The position numbers were made by a program, and so were the translations under genes. A DNA stretch of 64,000 nucleotides. Origin: Podarcis cretensis. Lineage: Eukaryota. The stretch covers positions 28,334,001-28,398,000 of the forward strand of contig OX638153.1 of NCBI GenBank assembly GCA_951804945.1. Reading direction: 5' to 3'. The notes beneath the pieces are model-generated. The model worked only from the letters and a program-made list of their open reading frames with translations. It made no database searches and was not told the DNA's origin. Below are positions 49,329 through 61,067 of the stretch, in pieces (position 1 is the stretch's first letter; each line of letters starts with the position of its first letter).

Positions 49329-50361
49329 TGGATTTCCACCGGCCCATTTCCTTTATCCTATCCGTGGGCAGGCCCAAGTGGGCAGCAGTTGTTGCAGCAC
49401 CGATCCTGAATGAATGCGCCGCATATTCTCGGGGAGATAGGCCACACTCCTCAATAGCTTTGCGGAGTACCCTGGTGAACTGGTGCCTCAACAATGGAGA
49501 CCCATCCTCGTGCAACAGGAGCGGACCGGGGCCGGGTGGTCTAAGGTAAAGGTACCGCCTAGTGTCCTTTACCGGGCATGGGCCTTGTTGCGCCGATGCT
49601 GTCAGCTTAACCAGAACCCCTTTCCCAGCCTGATCTGTTTTGGACTGGCGTATCCTGACCATCAAAGCCGACTCAGACAACTGCACGTCCTCCATAAGAA
49701 GGCCGCGCGTAGAACCCCTCGCGCTAGCTTCCACTACAACCTCGCCAACTCTCAAAGCGCCAAAAAAGGCAATGGCGTACGCCGCGGAAAAGAGGCGGGC
49801 CTCAAACTTGCTCCAGCAAATTGACCTAAGCTTCAAGCGTATTTGAGATAGCAACCCATAAGAAATTGGCTTGCGGCCCTCGGTCCTAGGGGGTTGTGAC
49901 CTGCTCCAACCTTCAATAGCTCTACGGATAAGAAAGTCACTACACGGGTCGGAAGAAAAGGTGGCTTTAGAAAAGAAGCTGATTGCAGCTACATGTATCT
50001 TTAAGGTTTTGGGAGCGCGTCCCAAATCATCCAGGTGGGAAAGGTACTGAAGGACATTGTCGGTGGTGGGTGGAACATTATGTGAAAGCCCAGATATCCC
50101 AGATATCTCACTCGTGGTGAGAGGACGAAGAATGAGGCCGGGCGAAGGCTGCCGCCGCAGCAAAAGGCTGCTGAACACGCCCCCCTGAGGCACCTGGTTG
50201 GATGCCTGCTGGGGGGCGTGGGCGCCAGCCAGGTGAGGTGATGGCAGGGGGCTAATGCCCCCTGCTAGGGGCGGTGCTCGGGCTCCCGCCCACAACCACT
50301 CCCCTCTCTTGCAGGGAGGAGAGTCTTTGTAGAACTTCATAAGCCCAACTCTACAGCACAT
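49303..50361 (-). CDS. Tyrosine recombinase of the Ngaro element, N-terminally truncated (YR part ~49303-50109, fused in frame to A1 and host flank)
   Basis: FFGALRVGE (R), RQSKTDQ (K), HSFRIGAAT (HxxR), GRWKS (W) and AYKSYIR (Y) are all present. Confidence 0.92.
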   Translation of the reverse strand: MCCRVGLMKFYKDSPPCKRGEWLWAGARAPPLAGGISPLPSPHLAGAHAPQQASNQVPQGGVFSSLLLRRQPSPGLILRPLTTSEISGISGLSHNVPPTTDNVLQYLSHLDDLGRAPKTLKIHVAAISFFSKATFSSDPCSDFLIRRAIEGWSRSQPPRTEGRKPISYGLLSQIRLKLRSICWSKFEARLFSAAYAIAFFGALRVGEVVVEASARGSTRGLLMEDVQLSESALMVRIRQSKTDQAGKGVLVKLTASAQQGPCPVKDTRRYLYLRPPGPGPLLLHEDGSPLLRHQFTRVLRKAIEECGLSPREYAAHSFRIGAATTAAHLGLPTDRIKEMGRWKSNAYKSYIR

Positions 50362-50444
50362 TCATACCCATTTCTTTTTTAAAAAGTTAATATGGTTTGT
50401 TTTATAAGCAGTTTGTAGCTGTTACAATATTGTGTTCTTTTTAC

Positions 50445-50734
50445 ACACGGACACTGAGATCCAGCGCCGAGGGCCTTCTGGCGGTTCCCTCATTACGAGA
50501 AGTGAGGCTACAGGGAACCAGACAGAGGGCCTTCTCGGTAGTGGCGCCCGCCCTGTGGAACGCCCTCCCATCAGATGTCAAAGAGATAAAGAATTACCTG
50601 ACATTCAGAAGACATCTTAAGGCAGCCCTGTTCAGGGAAGTTTTTAATATGTAATGCTGTACTGTTTTTAACACTGATTGGGAGCCGCCCAGAGTGGCTG
50701 GGGAAACTCAGCCAGATGGGCGGGGTATAAATAA

Positions 50735-50764
<30 letters not shown>
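50445..50764 (+). mobile_element. L2 LINE 3' fragment with (TTA)n tail
   Basis: Encodes RAFSVVAPALWNALP..FRRHLKAALF, followed by a UTR, AATAAA and (TTA)n. Confidence 0.88.
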
Positions 50765-50766
<2 letters not shown>

Positions 50767-51408
50767 AAAAATAACATTGAAGCAAATTAAATTAGTTGCT
50801 TTAGTAACCAGTTGTAATATCTGGATTCATTAATAACCCATTCATAACCAGTTGTATCTTATATTGAGGAATAGAAATGTTTCCCAACCCCCTGCAATGT
50901 AGGAATGTCAACAAACAGTTCCCCATCCAATTTGAAACCATACTGGACTCTGCTTAGCTTTCAAGACATGCTAGCAGTTTTATTGCTGCAGCAAAAGAGG
51001 ATGTTGCTCTATTGCCTTACCCGAATATCTACCAGTTCATCCACGATCCAGGTGTTTGATTTTCTGCTTATCATAATCATATTATACTTCATACAATATT
51101 TCACAGATTATTTCCCCCCCCCCCCATATTATGCAGGATTTCACTAGAACCAACCTCTGAGCATTGGTGAAGGCTATTTTCTACATACTATATTCACTTG
51201 CTATGCAATAGTCTGTTCTTTACACACAGCAAGGCTTACTATTTGGATAGGCTCTTAACAAAGGAAGGGGAAGAGAGGAGTAGAAGAGAGGCAGTATGTT
51301 GTCATTTGGTGTTTAAATGGCCAAGCAAGAACCTACAGCCACAGTCTGGACTTGGTGATTGCATGCTTTTAAAAGCATATTTTTGTTTGTTCACTTTGAT
51401 CAAAGGTA

Positions 51409-51643
51409 CAGTGGTACCTCGGTTTACGAACTTAATCCATTTCGGAAGTCCGTTCTTAAACCAAAGCCGTTCTTAAACCGAGGGGCACTTTCTCTAATGA
51501 GGCCTCCTGCCGCTGGTGCCCTTCCACCTTTCAGCTTCCATTTGTAAACTGTGGTAAAGTTCGCTAAGACTACTTCTGGTTTTGCAGAGTTTGTAAATCA
51601 AATAGTTAGTTAACAGGGCTGTTCTTAAGCCAAGGTACCTATG
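51409..51643. mobile_element. Tigger-like MITE
   Basis: TA-cagtggtacctcgg left TIR and a degenerate right TIR (aggtacctatg-TA). Confidence 0.75.
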
Positions 51644-51988
51644 TACACTAAAAAAAACCCTGTAATTGTCTATAATACATTATAGCTCAACACTTCAAGC
51701 TCAACTTCCCTGCAGCATAGGGAATACTATGCTTTCTTCTAAAGGATGCTGTATATTTTAATCCCATACATGTTTATTCAGCAGTAAATCCCATTGATTT
51801 CAGTGTGCCTTACTCCAGAATCAGAGGGCATAGGATTGCCCTGTTCATGTATATGCACTGCATGCACGTGCATGTGCTCTGGAATCAAGCTGTCTGTCCC
51901 CATGCAGAAGTTTTACTTTTGGAGACCTAGGGATGAGAATGGAAACACCAAGAATGGCAACCCTGGTCCACTTATGCAAAAACTAATA

Positions 51989-52208
51989 CAGTGGTACCTC
52001 GGGTTAAGAATTTGTTCTGGAGGTCCGTTCTTAACCTGAAACCATTTTTAACCGGAGGTACTACTTTAGCTAATGGGGCCTCGTGCTGCCGCCACCGTGC
52101 AATTTCTGTTCTTATCCTGAAGTAAAGTTCTTACCCTGAGGTACTATTTCTGGCTATTTCTGGTTACAGGTCTGTAACCTGAAGCATCTGTAACCTGAGG
52201 TACCACTG
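51989..52208. mobile_element. Tigger-like MITE
   Basis: TIRs cagtggtacctc / gaggtaccactg with TA TSD. Confidence 0.88.
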
Positions 52209-53864
52209 TACAGTTTATAACAGGACACCCCAAATAGACTCCTCAGCAAAATAAGGACATTGATATGTCTAGGAGAAGCACCAGAGAACAGGGCCGATCC
52301 CTGATGCATAAGGATGTTTGAAGGGCATACATAGGAAGCTGTTAAAATGTTGGGACAAAACAATAGTGCCTTCAGAAAGGCCAACAGGAATGGTGGAGTT
52401 CAAGAACATCAGGAAGTTCACAAGTTCCCCATCCATGGTTAACTTTAAGTGAAAAGAGCCAAGAGAAAATTCTCTGCTGTATTCATGAGTGGTGAAATTG
52501 GGCAAATGAGATTTCATTGAATATTCAACATGGAGGGGAGCAAAATCCTCTTAACGGTTTCTTGGGAGTGGAGCTCACCAACACAGCTTATACCCCCTGT
52601 TCTTATTTTGTTGCTACTCATGAAAATGGCAGCAGCATTTCTGGACAGGCAGCCTGACCATCACTCTGCCCACCCTGCCCATAATTCTCCTAACCTTCTA
52701 GAGCACTGGTCTGGGGAGGTAGAAATAGTGGTTGCCACACAAAAACAGCACAGATTTTTCTTTTTGCAAAATTGGGTGTGGGGAGAAAATATCTAAAACA
52801 TCTCCCAAAAACTCTCCTCTGAAAAATTTCAGATTACCTTTAAACTCCCCTTTTCTCCTGCTCTTGTTACTATGCTGCAGCAGCTATGGTTGCTTATTCA
52901 ATCTACCTGTTAAACCATCACTTTAAAATGAGGCGAGTGCTTGCCCCACAGTGGGTAACAGAGGCTGTCAAATGGGACAGCACTTAGTCTCTGTTGACTT
53001 TGCTGATCTCTGATGCCAGTTACAGCCTCAGTCGTTTCTGTGTGCACAGCTCCTGCACTTTGAAGCTTAGAGAGATGTCTTTGCTGAATGCGTCGTCTGC
53101 AGCTGTTGCAGGAGAGAGCAGCAGGAATACTAATAAAACCTTAAACAATAAAGCCGCCACTTCTTTTTGAGCATGCACTACAAGAAGCCTGCAGATTTAG
53201 AGAACGAAAGCAAAACAGCCTGGTCCTGAAGGCAGCTTACTTGTGAGCTGCACTTAAATGCCTCCTTTTTGCAAAAATCCCACTGCTGTGCATCTATGGC
53301 AGTAAAAGCCCTCGACTTTGCTGAAGCGGTTTGGGGAGCTGCTGCAAGACTCTTGAGAAGTCCCAGCATTTGCATTCTCAACAACAGCTGTCCAACAGAG
53401 GCTGTGCTAACTCCAAGTGCATCAGCACCCAAAGCAGCTTGACAACAAGTAGATCCAATTTATCTGGCAGTGAAGAGATGGCTCCAATTCAACCTTCCAA
53501 AATAGTTACATTTTCTCAGCAAAGAAGGAAATTAAATCTTGTCAGAGCATGGCAGAGAAGACGTGTAGCTGCTGCTCCAGAAATGTATTTTTTTATTTAA
53601 GGCAACCAAGTTAGCTTTGTACCAAGATGCTATGCTTAAGAATAGAATGCCATGGTTTGAGTATGTCTGCAAATCCACAGATTGGCCCAGAAATGGTCTT
53701 GATCATGAGAGGGAACCTCTATGTTTAGAAGCAGTTTCCCTGACCTGAAAAGGATTCTAGAATGGTTTTCTAAAATGCATTTTCATGGACTTTTTATACA
53801 GAGTCTCAGGGAAAAAAATCACAGTTCAAACCCCACAGACAAAATATTTATATAACATAAAGTA

Positions 53865-54211
53865 AGGTAAAGGTAAAGGGACCCCTGACCATTAGGTCCA
53901 GTCCTGACCGACTCTGGGGCTGCAGCGCTCATCTCACTTTATTGGCCGAGGGAGCCGGCGTACAGCTTCCAGGTCATGTGGCCAGCATGGCTAAGCTGCT
54001 TCTGCCAAACCAGAGCAGCACACGTAAACGCCGTTTACCTTCCTGCCAGAGCGGTACCTATTTATCTACTTGTACTTTGACGTGCTTTCGAACTGCTAGG
54101 TTGGCAGGAGCAGGGACCGAGCAATGGGAGCTCACCCCGTCGCAGGGATTTGAACCGCCGACCTTCTGATCAGCAAGTCCTAGGTTTAACCCACAGTGCC
54201 ACCTGCGTCCC
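53865..54211 (-). mobile_element. Sauria SINE
   Basis: Typical body and tail; 16-bp TSD TATAT(A/C)ACATAAAGTA at 53849-53864 and 54212-54227. Confidence 0.92.
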
Positions 54212-56845
54212 TATATCACATAAAGTACTGTGCTATTAAAAGATATCAGTTCATACATTCAGATGACAGTCACCAGGTGTCCTGTAATCAAATACAGAGA
54301 AATGGAAGTTAAACATACACTTTTGCAAACTAGTCCTATGCCGTCCTTCATCAGTCCAGATCAGTGGTACCTGCTGCTCCATAAATCTGTTCGGTATGGG
54401 ACGCAATACTTCCTAAAGCAGCATGTTTAAAATAGCTTCTATAGCAAAAACAGCCACTCTTTCTTAGGAAAACGTGTCTTAAACAATAGTTCCATCAAGC
54501 CAAGAAGGTCATTGCATTTAAACACATCACATCAGCAATTTGCAATTAAAATGCAGTGACATACCAGAAGAATCTTGGTCCTTGCTGAAGAATAAGGGAC
54601 AGAAGGAAGAATGGTGAGAACATTAGATCACCCCCTTCAGGATTAATTAATTTGCCAGAAGCTGACAAATGTATTTCTGAAACAGCTGAAGGCAAGTGTT
54701 AATTGGAGACTTATCTTTCCTACTTTGAAGAAAGTTTCAGTCTAAACTAAAATTGGTTTATTTCTGTTTTCAACTTCAGTTCCTTAAGTTGTAGTGGAGT
54801 TGTTTACCTGATCACTTATGTGATAAGGTGGACAGATGCTTACAGGGTCCTGTGCTTACACCAAAACTGTAACTGGGTGTGCGGGTCTTATATTACGCAG
54901 CACACAGGGATGCTCCTTCTATTGCTATTAATTGGCTTTGGACTTTCTTACATCACGGGTTAGGTTTGCTTTCATCTTTATAAGGATGAATGGGAGTACC
55001 AGCATCTTTGTTCAGCCTGCCACTGCTGCCTGCCAACCAGAGGTGGCTTCCTCTTTTGTCTCATGCAAAAAACAAACAGACCCATGTCCTTCACCCCATG
55101 CCTGGGTGGCAGCAATGGTGGCTGCTACAAGAAAAGGGATAGCCAATGTTTGCAGAAAATAATGCAAAGTGATCTACCTTTTCAGGGGGTGGAATGCCTA
55201 GCTGAATGTATATGTGAGGAGCATATGGTCTGTATATTTGGGGAGCATGTGTGCATGAAGTGACTGACTGATGGACACTTTGACCATGGCCACTGCTGGC
55301 ATGTGCCCCTTGGATGTTTGGCCAACCCTCAGGGCAAAAAAGGGTTAGCCACTCCCAGCCTCGTTGTCTCTACAAATTGAGCAGGCCTGGCCTTGCTGTA
55401 AACTGACTATACAAGGAATGCGTTTCTTCTGCTCTATTCTTCTGCAAAACACTGAACTGCAGTTTTGCAGGCACGCCTACCAAGGAGTCTGCTTTGATAG
55501 TTTGCTGAACCTTCTTTCGATCCTCTCCTGCTTCTGGCATCTGCTCTGTTCTCACCCTTCCACAGGCATTTGCATTTTCCAACACCTAAAATGCATCTCT
55601 TCCAGATGCCAGTGTGAGATGCATACATTTCAGAGAATGACATATTGTGTCAAGAAAGGTTAACACAATTTATTCATCATAAGCAGCAAGGCAGAGAAAT
55701 TTCTTGATCAGTGGAAGCTGTAAATGCAACTCAGAACCCTATTGATTTTCAGCAGTTTTTGTCCCATGATTAATTGTTTACACTGTGTTCAGTGTTAGGC
55801 ACCAGATAACACATTATTCTTAGTGTTATGACAATATTCCCCACTGACAGCCTTTAGCTGTCTACACTGTCTCCAGCAGATTTGGCAAACATTTCCTGAA
55901 TTTTTAATGTTGGCTTGTTTTTCACAAGCTGCATGGCTTTGTTTTTTTTAAAAAATGAGAATTTAGTTAGGAGCAGGGAACCGCAGACCTGCATTGCTCT
56001 ACATGATTAATTTCAGATTAATTTCAGTTTGTACCTGTACATATTTAATGGCATTCTATACCCCCAACTAATTCTTAAAAAAAAAAATATTTTTTGTTAC
56101 TGTAGATACACTGCATGTTCATGAAGCTGACAAGACTGAAGGCATACTCTGTAGGGCACAAATTAGTTTGTAAAATATTAACAGTGTTCGTTGGGAGAAG
56201 GATATTGTCAGCCTTAACCTCCCTGGTTTGATTTAAATGTGAATATTTTATTCCTGAAGCAGTTCTCAATATCCCATGACAGGGCAATTAATTGTGAGGT
56301 TTTTATGCCCATAAAGGTTTGTGTACAAATCACATTTTTTACTGTGCTTCTGATTCTATGGAAGTTGCCATATGTCTTCAAAATGATCTGTCCTCTGTTG
56401 ATTCTGAGTTATTATGAAATAATTATCTGTAACCATAATTTAGAACAGGTCAGCACAACTTGGAACCACCAAGGTATTTGCCAACCTTTCCCAGCCCCCA
56501 AATGTTTTGCCTTCCTGATGTTCCGAATGGCAACTCCCATCATCTGTTACCTTTAGCTAATCTGGTTGGGGCTGATGACAGTTGTAGTTGAACAACAACT
56601 GGAATTTACCAGGTTGGAGGAGCCAACAAACATGCATTGTGGCCTGCTAGGTGCTTTATGACTTCCTTTTCATATGAGTTCTACTAGTTTAAGTATTTAA
56701 AGGTGAAACTCTGAAACTTCTTTGAGTGATAAAATGGGGGTTCTTAGAGGGGAAATGGGGCTGTGTCTTACTCCTACTTAGAACAGACCCATTGAAATTA
56801 GTCAACATGACTAGCTTAGGTTTAATGATTTGAATGGGTTTACTG

Positions 56846-56960
56846 CATACCCTCCAACAATTCTCTGATGAAAATAGGGATATCCTATTCCATACCCTTC
56901 AACATTTCTCCAATGAAAATAAATATGTCTCCTCCAACATTTCTCCAATGAAAATAGGGT
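56846..56960 (+). repeat. Tandem ~45-bp terminal units of the CATACCCTCCAAC MITE family
   Basis: Three degenerate copies of cctccaacatttctccaatgaaaata. Confidence 0.7.
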
Positions 56961-58252
56961 TGTATACTGTGACTTTATGTGAACTGTAATAATTAGGTTC
57001 AATAGCCAACCCACTTTCTATTTCCATTTTATTGGTGCATGGAGTGTCTCCATTTAGACTCTTTTAGCATCTGAAACATTTTCTGTGCTACCAATATGTG
57101 GGTGGATAAAGGCTAGCTGTGAACCTGCTTCCTGAACTTTAATCAGGAACAACGTTTCAGTCAAAGAAAATACAACACTAATTTAAGGTGTTTCTAGGTT
57201 GTTTCATTCAACAGTTAGTTAGAGTGTTGTCATTGCTGTGTGATAGGTCTTCACTGAGACATATAGCAAGGTTATTGGGTGATACCTGTTTGAGACAGAT
57301 GCTATATAAAATGCAAGATGCCCCGCCCTGTCCGTCCCCCCCACCAATGCAGGCCCTTGTGGCATTAAAACATTACTTGCCAGTTCCAAGTTATTGTTGC
57401 CCTTGATGATTCAGCGTAAGCCTGAGTCTGTAGAAAATGTGTCTTTTCAAATAATAAAAAAGGTTTAATGTGTTTATTCTGTTCCCTTTTCAGCTGTTGT
57501 TTCTATAGAGGGAATAATGGTGATGGATGGGCCTGTAATTTTCATATTCACTACAGTCTTTTGAAATTGGTTTTTTCATGTGCTCAGCAGGGGTGGGTGG
57601 AGAGAACAGGTGTGTACTTTGAGAGACTGACATTTATGGTGATTTGGTTCACATTCGCTGCTTTTCCTCATGTTTCGATCATACCGCCTTCTTTCCTTTC
57701 TCCTCCCCCCTCCACTTTCCTTTACTTAATTTTTAACACAAGCTAATTCCAGCTCTGTGTGCATCTGTTCCTTGCTTTCAATTCATTTTAATGTGCGTTC
57801 TCCTAAGACAGTTTAGAGGCTCATGTATTCATCGGGCAATTCAGAACAGATTTTCTGAACTTTTTGCCTTACCAGTGAAGCATCAGTACATACGTCAGAT
57901 TTTGAATAACTTTGGAGTGTCAAGTAATTTCCTAAACCTAGACTAGTCTTCTTCAGCCTGTTGCCCTATATACATTTTGCCTGGTAACTCCCATCCGCCC
58001 CAGTCAGCTTCACCATGCTGGCTGGGACTAATAGGAGTTGTAATCTGGAGGAGGTCAATCTATATGTTTAATTGGCAGGGCTGGATTAAGATCAATAAGA
58101 GGCCCTAAGCACTTAAAAGATTTTGGTGCCCTCATATCCATCTAATTCAAAATATAATCAATAAGAAACCATAAAAAAATTATTTTTCAAAATGAAACAA
58201 AATCTACAGTAAGAGGGAATATAGTGTTTATTTTTGTATATTTGTATAAATA

Positions 58253-58494
58253 CAGTGGTACCTCAGGTTAAGTACTTAATTCGTTCCAGAGGTCCATACT
58301 TAACCTGAAATTGTTCTTAACCTGAAGCACCACTTTAGCTAATGGGGCCTCCTGCTGCTGTCGCGCCGCCGGAGCACGATTTCTGTTCTCATCCTGAAAC
58401 AAAGTTCTTAACCTGAAGCACTTTTTCTGGGTTAGCGGAGTCTGTGACCTGAAGCATATGTAACCTGAAGCATATGTAACCTGAGGTACCACTG
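58253..58494. mobile_element. Tigger-like MITE (same family as 51989-52208)
   Basis: TIRs cagtggtacctcaggtta / taacctgaggtaccactg with TA TSD. Confidence 0.9.
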
Positions 58495-59871
58495 TAAAGT
58501 TTATTTTTGTTTAGTTGCACCATATGGCCCATGGTAAATCCAGCAATGGAAAACTTCTGTGGTGCTCCCTTCCCTTGACTCCCTAAGCACGTGCTTATTT
58601 TGCTTAATGGTTAATCCAGCCCTGTGCACTGTCAGCCTTACAGGGATGTTGTGAACAAAGCTTCCTCCAAACATGGGGCAGCCATCTTTTCCCCATACAG
58701 TATCACAGGAAGTGATGGCATTCACTGCCACTTCTGGGGGCTTTTCACTCAAAACTTTCCAGTGAGCACAGCAAGCGCCACACTATTGCAGCAGCTGCAA
58801 GTAGTTAGAAGTGATTCTAAAAAATAAAGAAGAGCCAGGAAGTCCTCAGATCACTTAATAATAATAATAAAAAACCAAACCTTTCATCAGGAGTGAGATA
58901 TACTTGGAAAGATTTGCAGATGAGCTCTCTAATTTGCATGTCTGTATTCCAATCTGAGCATGATCTGTTGGCTGCAGATTGTGGAGGTTCACTCCAAATG
59001 GTTGAGCAAAATCCTTTTGCATGCCAAGTCTTCTGTTTGGGAAATGAGGAAGTAAAAGGACTGGCCACTGTGAGAACAGAATACTGTGCTAGGCAAGCCT
59101 TTGATCTGATCCAGCAGGGCTCTTTTCATATCTCCAACAGGGAGACTTAAAGAATGTATCTGTCATGAAAGCCCACGCCTAATGCTACTTCTAGCCCAGT
59201 GTTCACTTCTGGATGCTTTTGAAGTGATTGCAAAAGGACCTGCAGAGTGACGATGCACAGCGTTAGAGTTGGGCAAGGCTGCTGAGGTAGATTGGGGAAA
59301 GATGCGTCCCAGGGAGCAACAGCTGTGGGAGATTTATGAGTCTTAGGGCAGGTTGTTCTCTGCCCGTATTTTTCTAATCTCCTTCTCTGTTGAGAATGCC
59401 ATCCAAGCACAATTCCATAGGTGTGCATAGTAATTAGGAATGGATGGACTTACTGCCTGAGGGCAAAGTGAGAACTTCGCCAGAGCAGAAAGAGAGGCAT
59501 AATTAATGGACATAATATGGAAATGCATGTAGGATTGTGTGCGTTTTACATTGTGCTCCAGAAATGAGGTGATAGCAGTCATTCATATTGTTGATAATTA
59601 TCAGTGCTATTTTTCTAGAAAAAGAGGTGCTGGACATCACCATGAACACCTCCCTTGTTCTCTTATGATGACAATGGAACCCACCTGAGAGGTGCCAGAA
59701 CTGAGTTCTGGCCAAAGAAAAAGCCCTGTTGATAATGTTGATAAACTATCTCTTGTTGTTAATGTCCAAGAAGGCTGAGGTACATAGAGGAATGTTGGCA
59801 TTCCCCTCAAACCTCTTGTCGGCCTTCAACCATATTTGTCCAACAATGGAGAAGTATATGTATCTGCACAT

Positions 59872-59965
59872 ATAGTTGGGGGAGCTTGAGACTCTTATCT
59901 CAAGGTCATGGGTTTGAGCCCCATGTTGGACAAAAAGATTCCTGCATTGCAGAGGGTTGATTCTA
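59872..59965 (+). mobile_element. Degenerate tRNA-Lys/CR1-tail SINE
   Basis: gagactctta.ctcaaggtcatgggtttgagccccatgttgg..aaagattcctgcattgcag. Confidence 0.65.
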
Positions 59966-60970
59966 ATGACACAGACAAAGAATCATAGACCTGAAAGGGA
60001 CCCACAGATATGATCCAGACTAATCCCCCAAACCTATAACAATATCCTACAAATGTGGCTGCCACTTATCTCCTAATTCCTAATTCCACATTTGACCTGG
60101 TGAACTGGGTATGTGAGCTTTGGAAAGAGCTGGAGAGAGAAGTTTGACTCTCTCAGCTATGCTGAATCCAAAGATATGCCTTTTGGGGGAAGGAGGGGTT
60201 CCCTAGGGACCTAATAGGGAGGCAAAATCTGCTGGAGCCCCCCCATCCTATGGTTAAGTTGTATATGTGTGTAAAGAAAACCATATATACTAAATACACC
60301 CTTGAGCTTCATTCCAAGGAAACTAAACCCTGGGTACATGATAGGACCCCTGGAGTCTCTCACTGCTCAGAGACGGGGGTACACACACAATATAGACAAA
60401 CATTTTTTAAAAAACGTTTCTTAGCTGTTTATAGAAAAAGTCCTAGAAAATTCTGCTTCCTCTTACTGCAATGAAATTTGAACCCTATAAATATTGTATA
60501 GGATTTTTTCTGCCTGACTTTGGTGGCATCAGGAATGCATTTTTTGAGCTGTAATCTTAATAACATGGAGCACAGTAATTCAGTTCTGGTAGCTCTAATG
60601 TGGGCTAAGTGGTTAAAGAGTGGAACCTTAAGCTTTCACAATTTTTAGAAAAAAAGATGCCTGCTAATGGTTAGAAAGCACCCAAGTGCTTTTCAGGTGT
60701 CTAAGGAGAGATAAGTGGCACTTGAGCTTTTGGGTGGCTTTTACAAGTTCACCTGTGATTTTGAATTAACTTTTGGTGATGAGATTTAGCAGTGCCATGC
60801 TACACCCCCAATGCAATGGTGGCCACCAACAAAATGTAAATGAAGAAAGCAAAAACAAAAAAGCCATTGTTAGAAAGAAGGCGTAACATAGCAAAACACA
60901 CATGCATAGGAACACTGCTATCACCAATAGCAGCACAGAGCAACCACAAAACCTGCCCATTACCTATGCA

Positions 60971-61067
60971 TTGTTTAGTTGTTTAGTCATGTCCTACTCT
61001 TTGTGACCCCATGGACCAGAGCATGCCAGGCACTCCTGTCTTCCACTGCCTCCTGCAGTTTGGTCAA
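60971..61067 (-). mobile_element. RTE/BovB-like LINE 3' end
   Basis: Minus strand gcctggcatgctctggtccatggggtcacaaagagtaggacatgactaaacaactaaacaa. Confidence 0.75.

Larger units (their letters stand above)
46731..50330 (-). mobile_element. Ngaro-type (DIRS order) tyrosine-recombinase retrotransposon, internally deleted (no gag or RT-RNaseH)
   Basis: Split direct repeats: A1 50326-50110 (truncated), B1 48637-48277, A2 48272-47875, B2 47874-47597 plus 46817-46735. YR and SGNH ORFs lie between A1 and B1. TTGT (ACAA on minus) at 46731, 48273 and 50327. Confidence 0.92.

Noticed and set aside
48802-49846. Plus-strand ORFs overlapping the YR and SGNH genes
   Set aside because: These are antisense shadows of GC-rich coding sequence.
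48672-50361. Bacterial or phage integrase plus lipase (contamination or horizontal transfer)
   Set aside because: The ORFs are embedded in split direct repeats within lizard-type repeat DNA, and the motifs are of the DIRS/Ngaro type.
53178-53520. Possible minus-strand exon ending at a CAA|GTAAGC donor
   Set aside because: The acceptor is weak and the translation resembles no protein I recognise.
56846-56960. CRISPR-like short repeat array
   Set aside because: These are tandem terminal units of a MITE with no unique spacers, in a eukaryotic context.
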